Shown here: positions 20,247 through 31,600 of the stretch, one piece after another
Layout: each line of letters opens with the position of its first letter
Numbering within the stretch: position 1 is the first letter of the stretch
Source: Rhizaria sp. SCN 62-66
Lineage: Eukaryota
Reading direction: 5' to 3'
Assembly (NCBI GenBank): GCA_001724265.1
Contig: MEDY01000317.1
Coordinates: 1-55,370, forward strand
Length of the DNA stretch: 55,370 nucleotides
Notes under the pieces: model-generated
The model's database searches: none
What the model was told of the DNA's origin: nothing
The model's input: the letters and a program-made list of their open reading frames with translations, nothing else
Translations under genes and position numbers: made by a program

Positions 20247-21246
20247 ATGACTCCGTTGCGAGTGTTCTTTCTGTTTTCTTTGGCCATTGCTGGCTTTTTT
20301 CATTTTGCATCTGCAAAGCGTGTGAGTACGTCAACATATCTCGCCTTTTGTCAACACCAGCTTGCTTCCTTCTTCGACGCAACTTGTGTTTTGAAAGCTC
20401 TGTTTGCTCATGCGTCTCGATATTGTCATGCTGTAACTGCACCGCCATTAAGACACGCTGGCGCACCCTGCCCCGGGCTCGCGCGATCCGTCAATGACGC
20501 TCGTGGGCACGGTGCACGGCCGCCGCGTGTACATCGACCTCTCGCCGGGCAGCGTGGCCCTGCGCGGGCGCGCGCGCGGACGCGTGCCGCTGCCGCGCGA
20601 GCCCATCTACTCGCGCCCCAACGCCGACTTGGGCATCAGCGCGCGCCTCGCGCCAGCCGACTTCACGCTGGAGAACCCTGGCATTCCGCGGCCGTACACC
20701 AACTTCTCGCGGCCCGAGCCGCTGCGCATGCCCAAGCCGGCCCCGCGGCCGCCCGCGCGGCCTTACGTATCGCCGGCGCCGCGGCCCGTGGTCGTGATTG
20801 GCGCCGCGAACCGGCCCGCACGCGCGCTGCCGGGCGCGCAATCGGTGCCGGTGCCGCGGACCAACGGGCCTATTTGCCTCGAGCAGGCCGGGCCCGGCGC
20901 AAAGCCGCTGCCGGTGACGCCGAGCATGGGCAACACCGGCCACGCCGCCATCCCCTCCACGTCCTCCTCCTCAGCGCTGCCGGGCGCCAGCGGCAACAGC
21001 AACAACGGCAACAACGGCCCGACCGTGCCGGGGCTCTATGTCGACCTCTCCCCGCGCGGATTCGAGCTGCGCGCCGCGGCGCTGCGCGAGCGCTACGGCC
21101 CCGCGTACCGCCCGCCGCCGGGCCACTACGAGACTCCCCAGCCCACAGACATGCCTTCGACGGCAACCTCTACGACCCCGACGATGACCAACTCAGCGAC
21201 AGCTTACGCCGCTGCTACTACTGCGCCCAGACCGGCTGCGGCGTAA
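20247..21246 (+). CDS. Putative secreted Pro-rich orphan protein; exons 20247-20325 and 20453-21246
   Basis: The signal-peptide exon MTPLRVFFLFSLAIAGFFHFASAKRV joins in frame to the 250-aa ORF 20494-21246 via a GTACGT..AAG intron (20326-20452). Internal repeat Y[IV]DLSP; TAA stop. Confidence 0.6.
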
Positions 21247-21774
21247 ATACACATGTAACAAGTAAATACACCGCACTATTTCAGATTATAAACAGTTTGT
21301 TGTATTCATATCTGCTCAAGTTTCAAGTCGCTGTAGAGTGTTTTCAAGATGCACGAGGGAGCCAAAACGCGTTTGTGGTGCTGCCGTGCACATAGCAGCA
21401 GTGGTACGATTCCAAACGTCTACGTCGCTGTAAGTTTGTAATTGCCCTGACACCGTGTGTCATCGTGGATAGCGCATATTTGTTTTGTTTTAACTGGTAT
21501 TAACGAGTTTTTTCACTTATAGATTATATTTTTAGCGTATAATGCTCGTTTATGCACCGCAAGACTTGCCTAAACTCGCGCATCAGACCACTGCATTTTC
21601 CTCGATGACGCTATCAACCACTCATCACCCCGTGCTTTGTTTACTTGCACACTCACGTTGTCGCGACTCATTTCATTTTTTTCTAGACGTTTTAACGCAC
21701 TGCCAACCTATTGGTGCTGTGAAACCTTGCAGTATTAGTTTTCTGTTCAAGTTCTTACACTCCCTTCACCAACC

Positions 21775-23712
21775 ATGCCTCCTAAGAGCAGCAAAAACAA
21801 AGCTGCGTCGGCCTCCGCCTCATCATCATCGAGTGCTAACGCGCATGCGAGCTCGTATTCGAGCAAGTCTGCTGCCCTTAGCAGCCTGAGCGAGCTCAAG
21901 GTTCCGCTCAATGCCGACTATTCCGCCGCTAGAGACTACGGCTCCTCCACCTCGGTCGCCATTATCGCCGATGGCAACGCCGACGCGGTCGGCGACGCGC
22001 AGCAGGGCGCGGCGACGCCGATGGTGATCGTGGAGGCCCAGAAGGCGCTGGAGCAGGAGGGCCCGCAGTCGATGTACGTGTATTTGTCGTTCATGGCGCT
22101 GGGCGGGGCGATGATCTTCCCCTTCAAGGCCGTGTCCAACGTAGGCGACTTTTTCGCGCAGGAGTGGCCCGGCACGGATATCCTCTTCTACGCGCCCTCC
22201 GCGCTCACCGTCGCCACGCCGCTGATGCAGTCCTTTACGGTGCGCCTGTTCGGGTCTTTCTCATACACCTCGCTGCTCATCGTGCCGCTGCTCCTGGTCG
22301 CGGCCGACGTGGCCTTCTTGCCCTTCGTGCCCGCCATCATGCCCGACCCTGACAGCTCCTTCGCGCTTGCGCTAATCGTCTTCGCCTTCAAGGGCGTCTT
22401 CGGCGCCGTGTGTCAGGCCACGCTCTTCTCGCTGGCCGCGGCGCTGCCCGCCCACTACGTACAGGGCGTCATGGAAGGCCAGGGCTGGTCGGGGCTGCTC
22501 GCCGTCGCCATCCGCGCCGTCATCAAAGGATTACTCCCCGACCCCGAGGCGCCCGAGACGATCCGCCGCTCGGGGCGCGTCTTCTTTGTGGTGGCCGCCC
22601 TGGTGGTGGTCGCTGCGGCTCTCAACGTGCTGCGCCTGCGCACGCACCCCGTGGTCGAGCACTACGCAGCGCTCGCCGACAAGCACCCCGACGTGCCCGG
22701 CTCGCTCCTCGCCTCCGATTGCGCGCGCGGCCGCGCCGCCCGCTCTGCGCGCGCCGCCGAGCTGGCCGGGCTCTCCGGTCTGGCCGGCGTCTCGGGGCTG
22801 GCCGCGCTCGAGGGGCTTGAGGGCGACGCGTACACCGTGCAGCGCGGCGCGCTCACGGTCGCCAACGCGGACGCGCTCGCGGCCGCGCCTGGCGGCGGCG
22901 GGAAGCGGCGTGCGCGGGTCAGCGTGCGCGGGGGCATCCAGGACGGCCGCGGCGCGGGTGCCGGCTCGGCGCACAGCAGCGAAGCAGACGCGCTGACAGT
23001 GTCCGACTTCGACGGCGACCACGACGGCGACGGCGACAATGATGGCGACAGCGAGCGGCAGACCGTGTCGGCGAGCGCTCTCGTGCCCCACAACAAGGCC
23101 GGCGACCATAACAGCAACAACAGCAGCAGCAGCACTGCGGTTTCGTCGTCCACATCCTCGGCCGCGTCCGCCGTGTCAGCTGAGCCCGAACTGGCGCCCG
23201 TCTCTGCAGTGGCGCTGGCGCGCGCGCAGTGGGGCATGCTGCTCACTACGGTGTTGTGCTTCGCGGCGACCTTCCTTGTCTTCCCGGGCCTCACCAACGC
23301 GATCAAGACGCCCTTCCCGGACTCGGTGCCGCAGGGCTGGTACACGCTCATCATCAACGCCGTCTACTTCCTCTTCGACCTGCTCGGCCGCGCCGCCGCC
23401 AAGCGCGCCACGGGCGTCACGGCCGCCAACGCTAAGTGGTTCGTGCTCGCGCGCTACGCCGTGTACCCGCTCTTCCTCGCGCTGGCCTACACCAAACACT
23501 TCACGCACGCCTTCTGGGGCGTGCTCGCAGTCCTGTACGCCGCCATCGGCAACGGCGTCATGGCCGCGCGCGTCTTCATGGTGGCACCGCCGTTGGTGGC
23601 ACCCCGCGAGCGGCCCACCATGGGCGGGCTGATGTCCATCGCCTGCGTCGTCGGCGTCATGGTCGGCTCGCTCACCGCGGCCACCATCCAGCACTTCATG
23701 AAGAACAAGTGA
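21775..23712 (+). CDS. Equilibrative nucleoside transporter (SLC29/ENT family)
   Basis: About 11 hydrophobic helices with a large central loop; FMALGGAMIFPF, YVQGVMEGQGWSG, TFLVFPG, FDLLGR, GNG..A..F motifs. Confidence 0.9.
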   Translation: MPPKSSKNKAASASASSSSSANAHASSYSSKSAALSSLSELKVPLNADYSAARDYGSSTSVAIIADGNADAVGDAQQGAATPMVIVEAQKALEQEGPQSMYVYLSFMALGGAMIFPFKAVSNVGDFFAQEWPGTDILFYAPSALTVATPLMQSFTVRLFGSFSYTSLLIVPLLLVAADVAFLPFVPAIMPDPDSSFALALIVFAFKGVFGAVCQATLFSLAAALPAHYVQGVMEGQGWSGLLAVAIRAVIKGLLPDPEAPETIRRSGRVFFVVAALVVVAAALNVLRLRTHPVVEHYAALADKHPDVPGSLLASDCARGRAARSARAAELAGLSGLAGVSGLAALEGLEGDAYTVQRGALTVANADALAAAPGGGGKRRARVSVRGGIQDGRGAGAGSAHSSEADALTVSDFDGDHDGDGDNDGDSERQTVSASALVPHNKAGDHNSNNSSSSTAVSSSTSSAASAVSAEPELAPVSAVALARAQWGMLLTTVLCFAATFLVFPGLTNAIKTPFPDSVPQGWYTLIINAVYFLFDLLGRAAAKRATGVTAANAKWFVLARYAVYPLFLALAYTKHFTHAFWGVLAVLYAAIGNGVMAARVFMVAPPLVAPRERPTMGGLMSIACVVGVMVGSLTAATIQHFMKNK

Positions 23713-25085
23713 GGGAGCGCCGGGCGGAACCCATGCGCATCGGGGAACAGGTGACGGAACACCCAAACGAACGCACGCGTCTGTCACGCGAGTCAGCGCA
23801 ACGGCGCGCCAGTACAACGGTGAGGCAGAAGCAGTGAATGAGCGAGCGAGTGGCCAGAGCGCCCGCTGGCGGCTTGTGCTGCCGCTGGCTGCTGGCTGAC
23901 TGGCTGACTGACTGGTGGCCCGGGAGACCGTGAGACCGAGGCTCTGCCTGCGAGCGACGATGACGTGACGATTCGCTCAGCCTCATCAGTCCCAAGTCTT
24001 GCAGCCTTTGCATTGCTATTTTAAATAGCGATGTATTTTTTATTACGAAGTTCAAGTTGATTGAGTGTTATGCGCTTACATCTGACTTGCCCCTAACATA
24101 TCTTATTGACGTTTTATTATGTAGCTAAATTATCAAGTTTAATGTTGACACTAGTTTTTGTCGTCTGTGCATCTCAAGAAGATGTGCAAACCCACGTAAT
24201 TTTACCACACATGTTCATACACAATTAAGCCTTTAAATTACAAGTACATGTACCGTCATAACGATCGCAAATTAAACAACCATTGTTTATGATGAATAGA
24301 AATACTTATATGGCGTGATATTGACGAACAACACCTGAGTCATTAGAACAATACAGTACGAAACAACACGAAGAAGGAAACAGTCCATGCGTCACAGCGT
24401 AACACTGTACATTAAGTACATGTACTACATACAACACAGAAAGCAAGGCACAGCAGGTGCGATGCAACTCAGCGCGCACACGAGCAAATGTGACAGTAGC
24501 AGTGACAGTGTGACACAAATCAGAGACAAGGAACAGAATCTCCAGACAGTGACAGTGAAATACAATACAGGCTTACGAGACGGAGACGATGATTGTAGAC
24601 AACAATTGAAAAAGAGAAACACAGTAAGGTACGCACAGTAAGTTACGAAACCTTGACACTAATCTTATTGCGTATACTCTCTCGAGAAACACAAAAAGTT
24701 GCAACTGAGTCACAATACTTATGAGGAACATGTTGCCGTTATTTTGCAAGTGTTGCTCCAATCCAAACTTAATAAAAACAAAAGCAAAATGCCAAGTCTT
24801 CTTTGAACTGCGACCTTTTTCTTTTCTTGCGTCTTTTTTCCCAATCTATCTAACAAATTCCCAGCAACGCCAACGCGCACATTTACACGTACACTCGTTT
24901 GGAGTTGCACAGATACCCAAAGGAATGTACCCAGTGTGTCTCCATGTAAAACTGTCAAGTCGATGTGCTTTTGCAACGCGTAATTGTTCGTTGTTTTAAG
25001 GCTCTCTACATAAAGCTCGTGCTAGTTTAGTCACATCTTAGATTTCCCGTGTACACCAATCTTTTATCTTGACCCGATCTCTGGC

Positions 25086-27227
25086 TCACCGGCGACCGAA
25101 CCCCGGGCCCGCGCCCGCCGCCACGGCCACGCCGCGGCCATCAGCCCCCGCGCGGCCGCCGGCGCCAGTGCGAGCGCCGTAGCTCCCGCGCGCTGACCCA
25201 GACCCAGACCCCGTCCCAGCGCCAGCGGCAGCGGCAGCGCCAGTGCCAGCGGCAGCGGCAGCGCCGCCGCCGCTGTAGCCGCCGCCGCCGTAGCCGCCGT
25301 AGCCGACGGGGTTGCTCGGCCGGCCGTAGCCGCCGCCCTTCCCGGCCGCGCCCGCAGCAGCGCTCGCCGCGGCGGTAGTGGTCGTGACCGAGGTCGCGGC
25401 CGTCGCGGCTGCCGAAGCGTTGCCGGGCATCGAGTAGCGCGACAGCGGCCGCCGCGCCGCGCCAACGCCGCCGCCGCTGCCGTGCGCGCTGTTGCTACTG
25501 CCCGAGGCCATGACCAAGGCGCCCGCGCTGCGCAGCGCTCCAGCCCCAGTGCCCGCGCCCACGCCCGTGCCGGCACTCGACCTGCCGCTGCTGTAGCCGC
25601 CGCCGCCGGTGTAGCCGCTGCCGCTGCTGCGGGCGCTGCTGGCGGCGGCCGCCGAGTGCGCCCCCGAGTGCGCGGCGGCGGCGGCGGCGGAGGTCGGCAG
25701 CGAGGCCCGGGACGACATGAGCGGCTGCCTTCGGCCCACGGTGCTCACAGCGCCCGCGTGGCCACTGTGTCCCCCCGCGGCGAGGGCGGAGCGCGCGGTG
25801 CTCTGGCGCGGCGGCAGCTGGCGCGGCGCCAGCGCGGCGGCGCGGCGCAGCGCCAGCGCGGGCACGGCCACGCCGCTAGCTCTCGCGCTGCCGCCACCGC
25901 CACCGCCACCGCTGACGCCGACGCCGAAGCCGACGCCGCCGCCGGTGCCGCCACCGTGCTGCATCAGCTTGCGGCCCTCGGCGTGCATGCGGGCCTCGAT
26001 GGAGGCGAGGTAGTGTTGCTGACGGCCGATGACTGAGCCGGGGCGGCAGAGCCGCAGCCAGGCGATGACGTCGGCGGCCGAGAGCAGGTGGTGCTTCATC
26101 ATGTAGGCGCCGATAAGCGAGCCCGTGCGTCCCAGCCCGGCCTTGCAGTGGACCGCGAGCAGCCCATCGGCCGTGGCCTCGGCGACGGCGAGGAAGCGCG
26201 CCAGCACGCGCTCGGGGGGGTTGCTGCCGTCCTCGAAGAAGAGGTCGACGTGCTTGATGCCCGCGGCGAGGAAGCGCCGGCGGTCGTAGGTGTCCTTGTC
26301 GTTGAGGCGAACAACGGTGGACACGCCCAGGCGGCGCAGGATGGGCACGTAGTCCTGCGGCGTGAAGGCCGGGTAGCCGTCGGGCGACACGTTGCGCGCG
26401 TAGGGCGAGGAAAATGCGACGAACTTGCCCGGCAGCACGACGTTGAGGTCGCCGTTCTCCACGCACTCGAAGTGCTCGTACTCGTCGATCGGAAACAGCG
26501 GCGCGGATGCGGGGGCCGCGCTCCCGCCGCCGCTGCTGCTGGCGGTCGCAGAGCTGCTGTTGCTGCTGATGTTTCCGGCGAAGTTGGCCCAGCCGAGCCG
26601 CTGCGCGTGGGCGAAGGCGCTGATGACGTGGCTGGGGAAGAGCTGGTACGTGGTGCCGTGCTGTGACGCGTCCTGAAAGCCGGCGTAGGGCTCCAGCGCG
26701 GCGAGCGGCGCGTAGGCGGCCGCGGCGGAGCGCGCGAGATAGGCGACCTGGTAAATGCCGACGAGGCAGGCTGCGTTGGCCACGAAGGTTGGCCGCGGCG
26801 CGCAGTAGTAGACGACGACCTTGTCCTTGAGCTTGGGCGCGGAGAGCTTGGCATGGAGCAGCTGGCAGAAGCGGAACGCGCAGCCGAGGTGCAGCGGGCC
26901 GAAGTCGCGATAGAAGGGCACGTAGGTGAGCATTGTGTCGATGGAGAAAAAGTGGCAGTGCGGCAGCGCGGCCTGCGTCTCGGCCGAGGGTGGCGCGGGC
27001 AGGCCCGCGAAGTAGAGCCGCCGCGGCAGCAGCTCCAGCGCAAAGGTCGCCTCGGCTGGCAGCGCGGGCGGGGCGCCGGCGTCCGAAGAGGAGGACGAGG
27101 ACGAGTCAGCAGCGGCAGCAGAGGCCGAGGTCGAGGCGGAGACAGAGGGGCCTGAGTCGATGACGACTGCAGCGGGGGCAGGGCTAGGGCCAGCAGGGCC
27201 CGCGGGGGGACTGCCGTAAGTGCTCAT
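25086..27227 (-). CDS. CDC14: Dual-specificity phosphatase Cdc14
   Basis: YVPFYRDFGPLHLG, YEHFECVENGDLN, VVRLN, HVDLFFEDGSNP, catalytic HCKAGLGRTG, RLCRPGSVIGRQQ; Gly/Ala/Ser tail; intronless. Confidence 0.95.
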   Translation of the reverse strand: MSTYGSPPAGPAGPSPAPAAVVIDSGPSVSASTSASAAAADSSSSSSSDAGAPPALPAEATFALELLPRRLYFAGLPAPPSAETQAALPHCHFFSIDTMLTYVPFYRDFGPLHLGCAFRFCQLLHAKLSAPKLKDKVVVYYCAPRPTFVANAACLVGIYQVAYLARSAAAAYAPLAALEPYAGFQDASQHGTTYQLFPSHVISAFAHAQRLGWANFAGNISSNSSSATASSSGGGSAAPASAPLFPIDEYEHFECVENGDLNVVLPGKFVAFSSPYARNVSPDGYPAFTPQDYVPILRRLGVSTVVRLNDKDTYDRRRFLAAGIKHVDLFFEDGSNPPERVLARFLAVAEATADGLLAVHCKAGLGRTGSLIGAYMMKHHLLSAADVIAWLRLCRPGSVIGRQQHYLASIEARMHAEGRKLMQHGGGTGGGVGFGVGVSGGGGGGGSARASGVAVPALALRRAAALAPRQLPPRQSTARSALAAGGHSGHAGAVSTVGRRQPLMSSRASLPTSAAAAAAHSGAHSAAAASSARSSGSGYTGGGGYSSGRSSAGTGVGAGTGAGALRSAGALVMASGSSNSAHGSGGGVGAARRPLSRYSMPGNASAAATAATSVTTTTAAASAAAGAAGKGGGYGRPSNPVGYGGYGGGGYSGGGAAAAAGTGAAAAAGAGTGSGSGSARGSYGARTGAGGRAGADGRGVAVAAGAGPGFGRR

Positions 27228-28643
27228 CAAAGGCCGAGGGTCGTGACAAGAAACACGGCAGCGGAATGAGCTCGGTGTGGGCGTCTACTGGCTTGCTGCA
27301 GAGACAAAGAAAGCGGACTTGGAAAGCGCGCTGTGGACTGACGAGAGCGAGCGAGAGCGCGAGGCGAAGGCTGGCGCGTTGCTGTAGGCGTGTTTAGCGC
27401 CAAAGGCAAGTTGACTGAAGATTAAACAAGCGTAACTCGCTTGCTGCGGTGGTATAATAGCGAGATGCGTTGTTGGAGAATGATCTGTGGGGTGGGGAAG
27501 TGACAGGGCAGAGGAGACTCGCGAGTGAGTAAGCCTATAACAAAGAGCAAGCATTACGATCCACACAAGTCAATATGAAAGATATTAATAAGAAAATGTA
27601 ATATTCATGTACGATAGTATATGAAAATACACGATTTTCCCCAAGAATACAGATATATCCCGAAATATAGCCCGGTTTTCCAAGCCATTCGTTACACCCT
27701 GACCGTTGCCGCTATCGATCCTCGCGCAAAGTGCCCGAAATGTAAATCTTCAATTTATTAGTAATAAAATGCAGTCATCAGAGCTGAATGCAAATGCGCA
27801 CTGTATGTAAAGCTGTAAAGTACAACGTATTACTGATATTATTCTGGGATACAACGTTTCTCTGGGAGATATCCCTAGATTTCCTCTCACAGAGACACTC
27901 CGCATGACGCATGTGTGACCTCAGCAGTCAACCCCAGCCGCGCCGTAGAGCCAACGTGTGCACCAACACATTTATGACGGCGGAAGCATAATATAACGCA
28001 GCTAGAGGAACGATTTGGTTGACTTTGGTTAATGTTGGTAAAAATTAGCCCGCACACTGCAGAGCGGGCCACAAGCGTAACTGTCGTAGTTGCGGCTGTC
28101 TGCCGCGCCACTTGCGCCAGAGGCGGTTGATGCAACAAAATAAAGCGTGGAATGCTTTTTGCATGCGTGTTCATGACTGATTCACTCCTGCGCTATGCCG
28201 AAGCGCCTGTTGATATCACAATTGTCACACACAAGCTAGCTGTGAAAATAAAAAATCGCTTTATTCAGCTTGTTATAAGAGGAACATCACTGGGCTATCT
28301 GGGCTCATAGAGAAAGCCCTCACGTAAAAGAGAATACACAACCTCCAACGTCTCGAGTACACACGAGTACGCACAGCAATTCCAGCCACGCACACGTGTA
28401 GAGCAGCCTCTAACTGAAAGACATCAGTCAGCGTTAGAGAGCAGATCACAGATCACGATATAATGATAACGAGATTAACAATAAGCTTATGCTTACGAAT
28501 AACGTACACAAAAACACAGCACACCACAAAAAGAATTCAGAACCGATCTAAACAAAAAACCCTTAACATAATCATTCAACAAAACACGCTACAGAGGCAC
28601 GCGCGCACTCGCTTACATTGCTTCGGCGCGTTCGGCCGCGCGC

Positions 28644-31600
28644 TCAGTTGCTCCAAACGTCGGTGCGGTAGCGGCCGAGCTTGACCATGCGCAACACGTA
28701 GGCGCGCGCCCACACGGCCGTCTGCGCTGCGGGTACGCGGTCCAGGTCCAGGTCCAGCACACCCAACCCCTGCGCGCGCCGCTCCTCACTGACTCTGGCG
28801 GCAGCCGCGGCGGCGGCGGTGGCGTCGACGGGGACAGTCGTGGTGAGGCCGGCAGCGCGGGCGGCGTTGAGCTCGGCGGTGTTGTCGCCGCCGCCGTTGC
28901 AGTCGCGCCAGAGCTGGGGTCCGTGCGCCGCGATGGCCGCCTCGAGCGCGGCCTGGACGCCGCGCGCCATGCCGACGCCGTCGCCGCAGACCATTACGGT
29001 GGCGCCCCGCAGCAGCACCGCCGCCGCGGCAGCGCGCCCCGCCGCCAGCAGCCGGTGCTGCACGTACGTCTTGCCGCCTTCAGCACTGTTGTCACTGCCA
29101 GAGCTAGCAGAGGCGGGCTCGCGGGAGAAGGCGTAGTGCGCGGCCGAGAGCGCGCCGACGCGGAGGAGCGCGGCGACCGCGCCGCGCTCGATGGCGTCGC
29201 GCTCGCGGCCGCGGGAGCCCGTGAAGAGCACCACGTCGCTCGGCTCGGCCGCGCCCGCGCTCGCACCCGCACCCGCGCCAGCGCCAGCGCCAGCGCCAGC
29301 GCCAGGACTGCTGCCGCTGTCAGTGCCGGAGAGGGCGGCGAGCCAGCGCGCTCGCGGGTGCGCCAGAGTCAACACGCCGGGCGCGTCCTCCACGACCACG
29401 GGCTCGCAGTCGCCACAGCCGGAACCGCCGAGCGCCGTGGCGCGGGCGGCGCGGAGGTGCTTGAGGTGGCCCAGGAAGGGGGCGATGCCCGTGCCGGGAC
29501 CCACCAGCAGCAGCGGGGGGTTCGCATTCGCGCTCGCGCTCGCACCGTTGACGGTGACAGCATTGCTGTTGCTGTTGCTGTTGCTGGTGTGCGCGTTGGC
29601 GTTGCCGTTGTAGGGCAGCAGCAGCGGCTCGTGGGGCAGGCGGAAGGCGGGGGCGACGTGGATGCTCAGGGGGATGAACGTCGCAGTTTTGGCCTTACCG
29701 TTGGCGTCGGCGCCAGAGTTCGAGGTCAGGACGACGCGGCCGGGCAGCTCGAGCCACGACAGCGCGCCACCAGCAGTGCTGGCGTCACCGCGGCCGGACA
29801 GCTGTGCGAGCTGGTCGAAGAAGCCAGTCGCCACGCCGTGGACGACGCGCCTCAGCTCCCCGTCGTCCGCGCCGGCCGCAGCGCCCGTGGCGGCGGCGGC
29901 GGCGGTGTAGGCGCGGTGGTCGGCAGCCTCCTGAGCGGCGCCGTAGGTCCGCGACGGGGGCTGCGCCGCGCGCGCCACGGGCGCGGGCGTGCGGGCCCAC
30001 AGGGGCGCCTTCTCCTTCTTCTCACTGCCTTCACCAGCAGCGGTGGCAGCAGGGGCGGCGGCGGCGGGCGCGGGGGCGGAGCCGGAGACGGAGCCGGGGT
30101 ATGCGACGTCGGGCAGGCCGCACACAGCGCCCTGCCGGCCGAAGTCAGCACCGGCCGCGTCGGCAGCGGGGCCGGCGACGGGGAAGGCGGCCTGGACGGG
30201 CGGGGGCGCGTGGCGCACCACCGTCATGTACACGGTCACCGTGCGGCCTGACTTCGAGACGCGCACGCAGCCACCCGCACCCGCACTCGAACTAGCGCTG
30301 ACCGCACAGTCATCGTTCTCCTCCTCCTCAGCGTCGTCGTCACTAGCGGCGGCGTTGCCGCTGGCGTCCTCCTGTGCGGGCGTGGAGGCGATCGAGTAGA
30401 CGCGGCTCTGGAGCGCAGCCGTATGTTCGGCGACCTCGGCAGCGTCGGCGCGGGCGTTGGGCGCGATGACCGTGAGCAGCTCCGGCAGGCTCAGCCGCTG
30501 CGCGTGCACTACAGCGTCCATGCACGCCTTGCCGTCGCGCGCCACCGCCGCCAGCAGCCGCTCCGAGTCGCGCACAGCAGCAGCGGCCGCGGCGGGGGCG
30601 GCGTCGGCGGGGGCGGCGCAGCGCGCGGCGAGGCAGCGGAGCAGCGCGCGGCGCGGCGGCGCCGTGATGTCGAGCCCGTGGGCCAGCAGCGAGTGCAGTG
30701 ACAGCGGCAGCGGCGTGCTGGTGGGGGTGATGACGCAGCGGCGGAGCCAGGCGGGCAGGTGGGCCGGCACAAACGGCGCAGCAGCAGCACCAGCAGCGCC
30801 AGCGCCGGTGGCGGCGACGACAGCGGTGTCCTTGTCGGCGCTGGCGCTGGCGCTGGTGTCGTCGGCCGCGGGCGCGGGCGCGAACGAGATGGGTGCGAGC
30901 GCCTGGGTGTAGTCATAGCCGGCCAGAGTCGCAGCAGAGACAGAGGCAGAGACGGTGCTGGCGCTGGCGACGGGGAGAACGCGGAGGCAGCGCAGCGCGG
31001 CCTGGACGACCGCGGGCGGGTTCGGGGTGAGCACTGACACGCAATCGCCGGGGTGATACAACACAGGCGATGTAAGGGGGCCCTTAGACTGGGCCGGCGC
31101 GGGGAGCTGCGCGAGGGGCCGCATGAGGGCGGCGACGCGCGCGGGCACGCGCAGCCGCACCTGCAGCACGACGCGCGGGTCGTACTTAGACTCATCTAAG
31201 GGGCATTTAGCAGCGGCGGCGTAGGGGTGCGGCCAGTCGCCCTCGCGGCACACGGGGCGCACCGACAACACGCGCGCCAGCACGGGCGCGTCGGCGCTGT
31301 AGCCGAGCCCCTCGCCCTCGGCCGCCTCGGCCTCCGCCTCGGCCTCAGCCTCAGCCTCGGCCTTGGCCTTAGCGTCGGCCTTAGCCTCAGCGTCGGCCTT
31401 CGCGTCCTTGCTGGCGGCCTTGTTCGCGGTGCTGGAGGCGGCGGCCGAGAGCAGCGGCAGGGCGATGCCCGCGAGCGTGGTGGGGTCCGACGCCGCGGTG
31501 TCGAGCGCCCACTTAGACTGGGCCTGGCCCTTAGAGACGTCTAAGGGGGACTTAGAGCTGTGCGGCTGAGTGAGGAGCGCGGCGAGCTCGAGCTGCTGCT

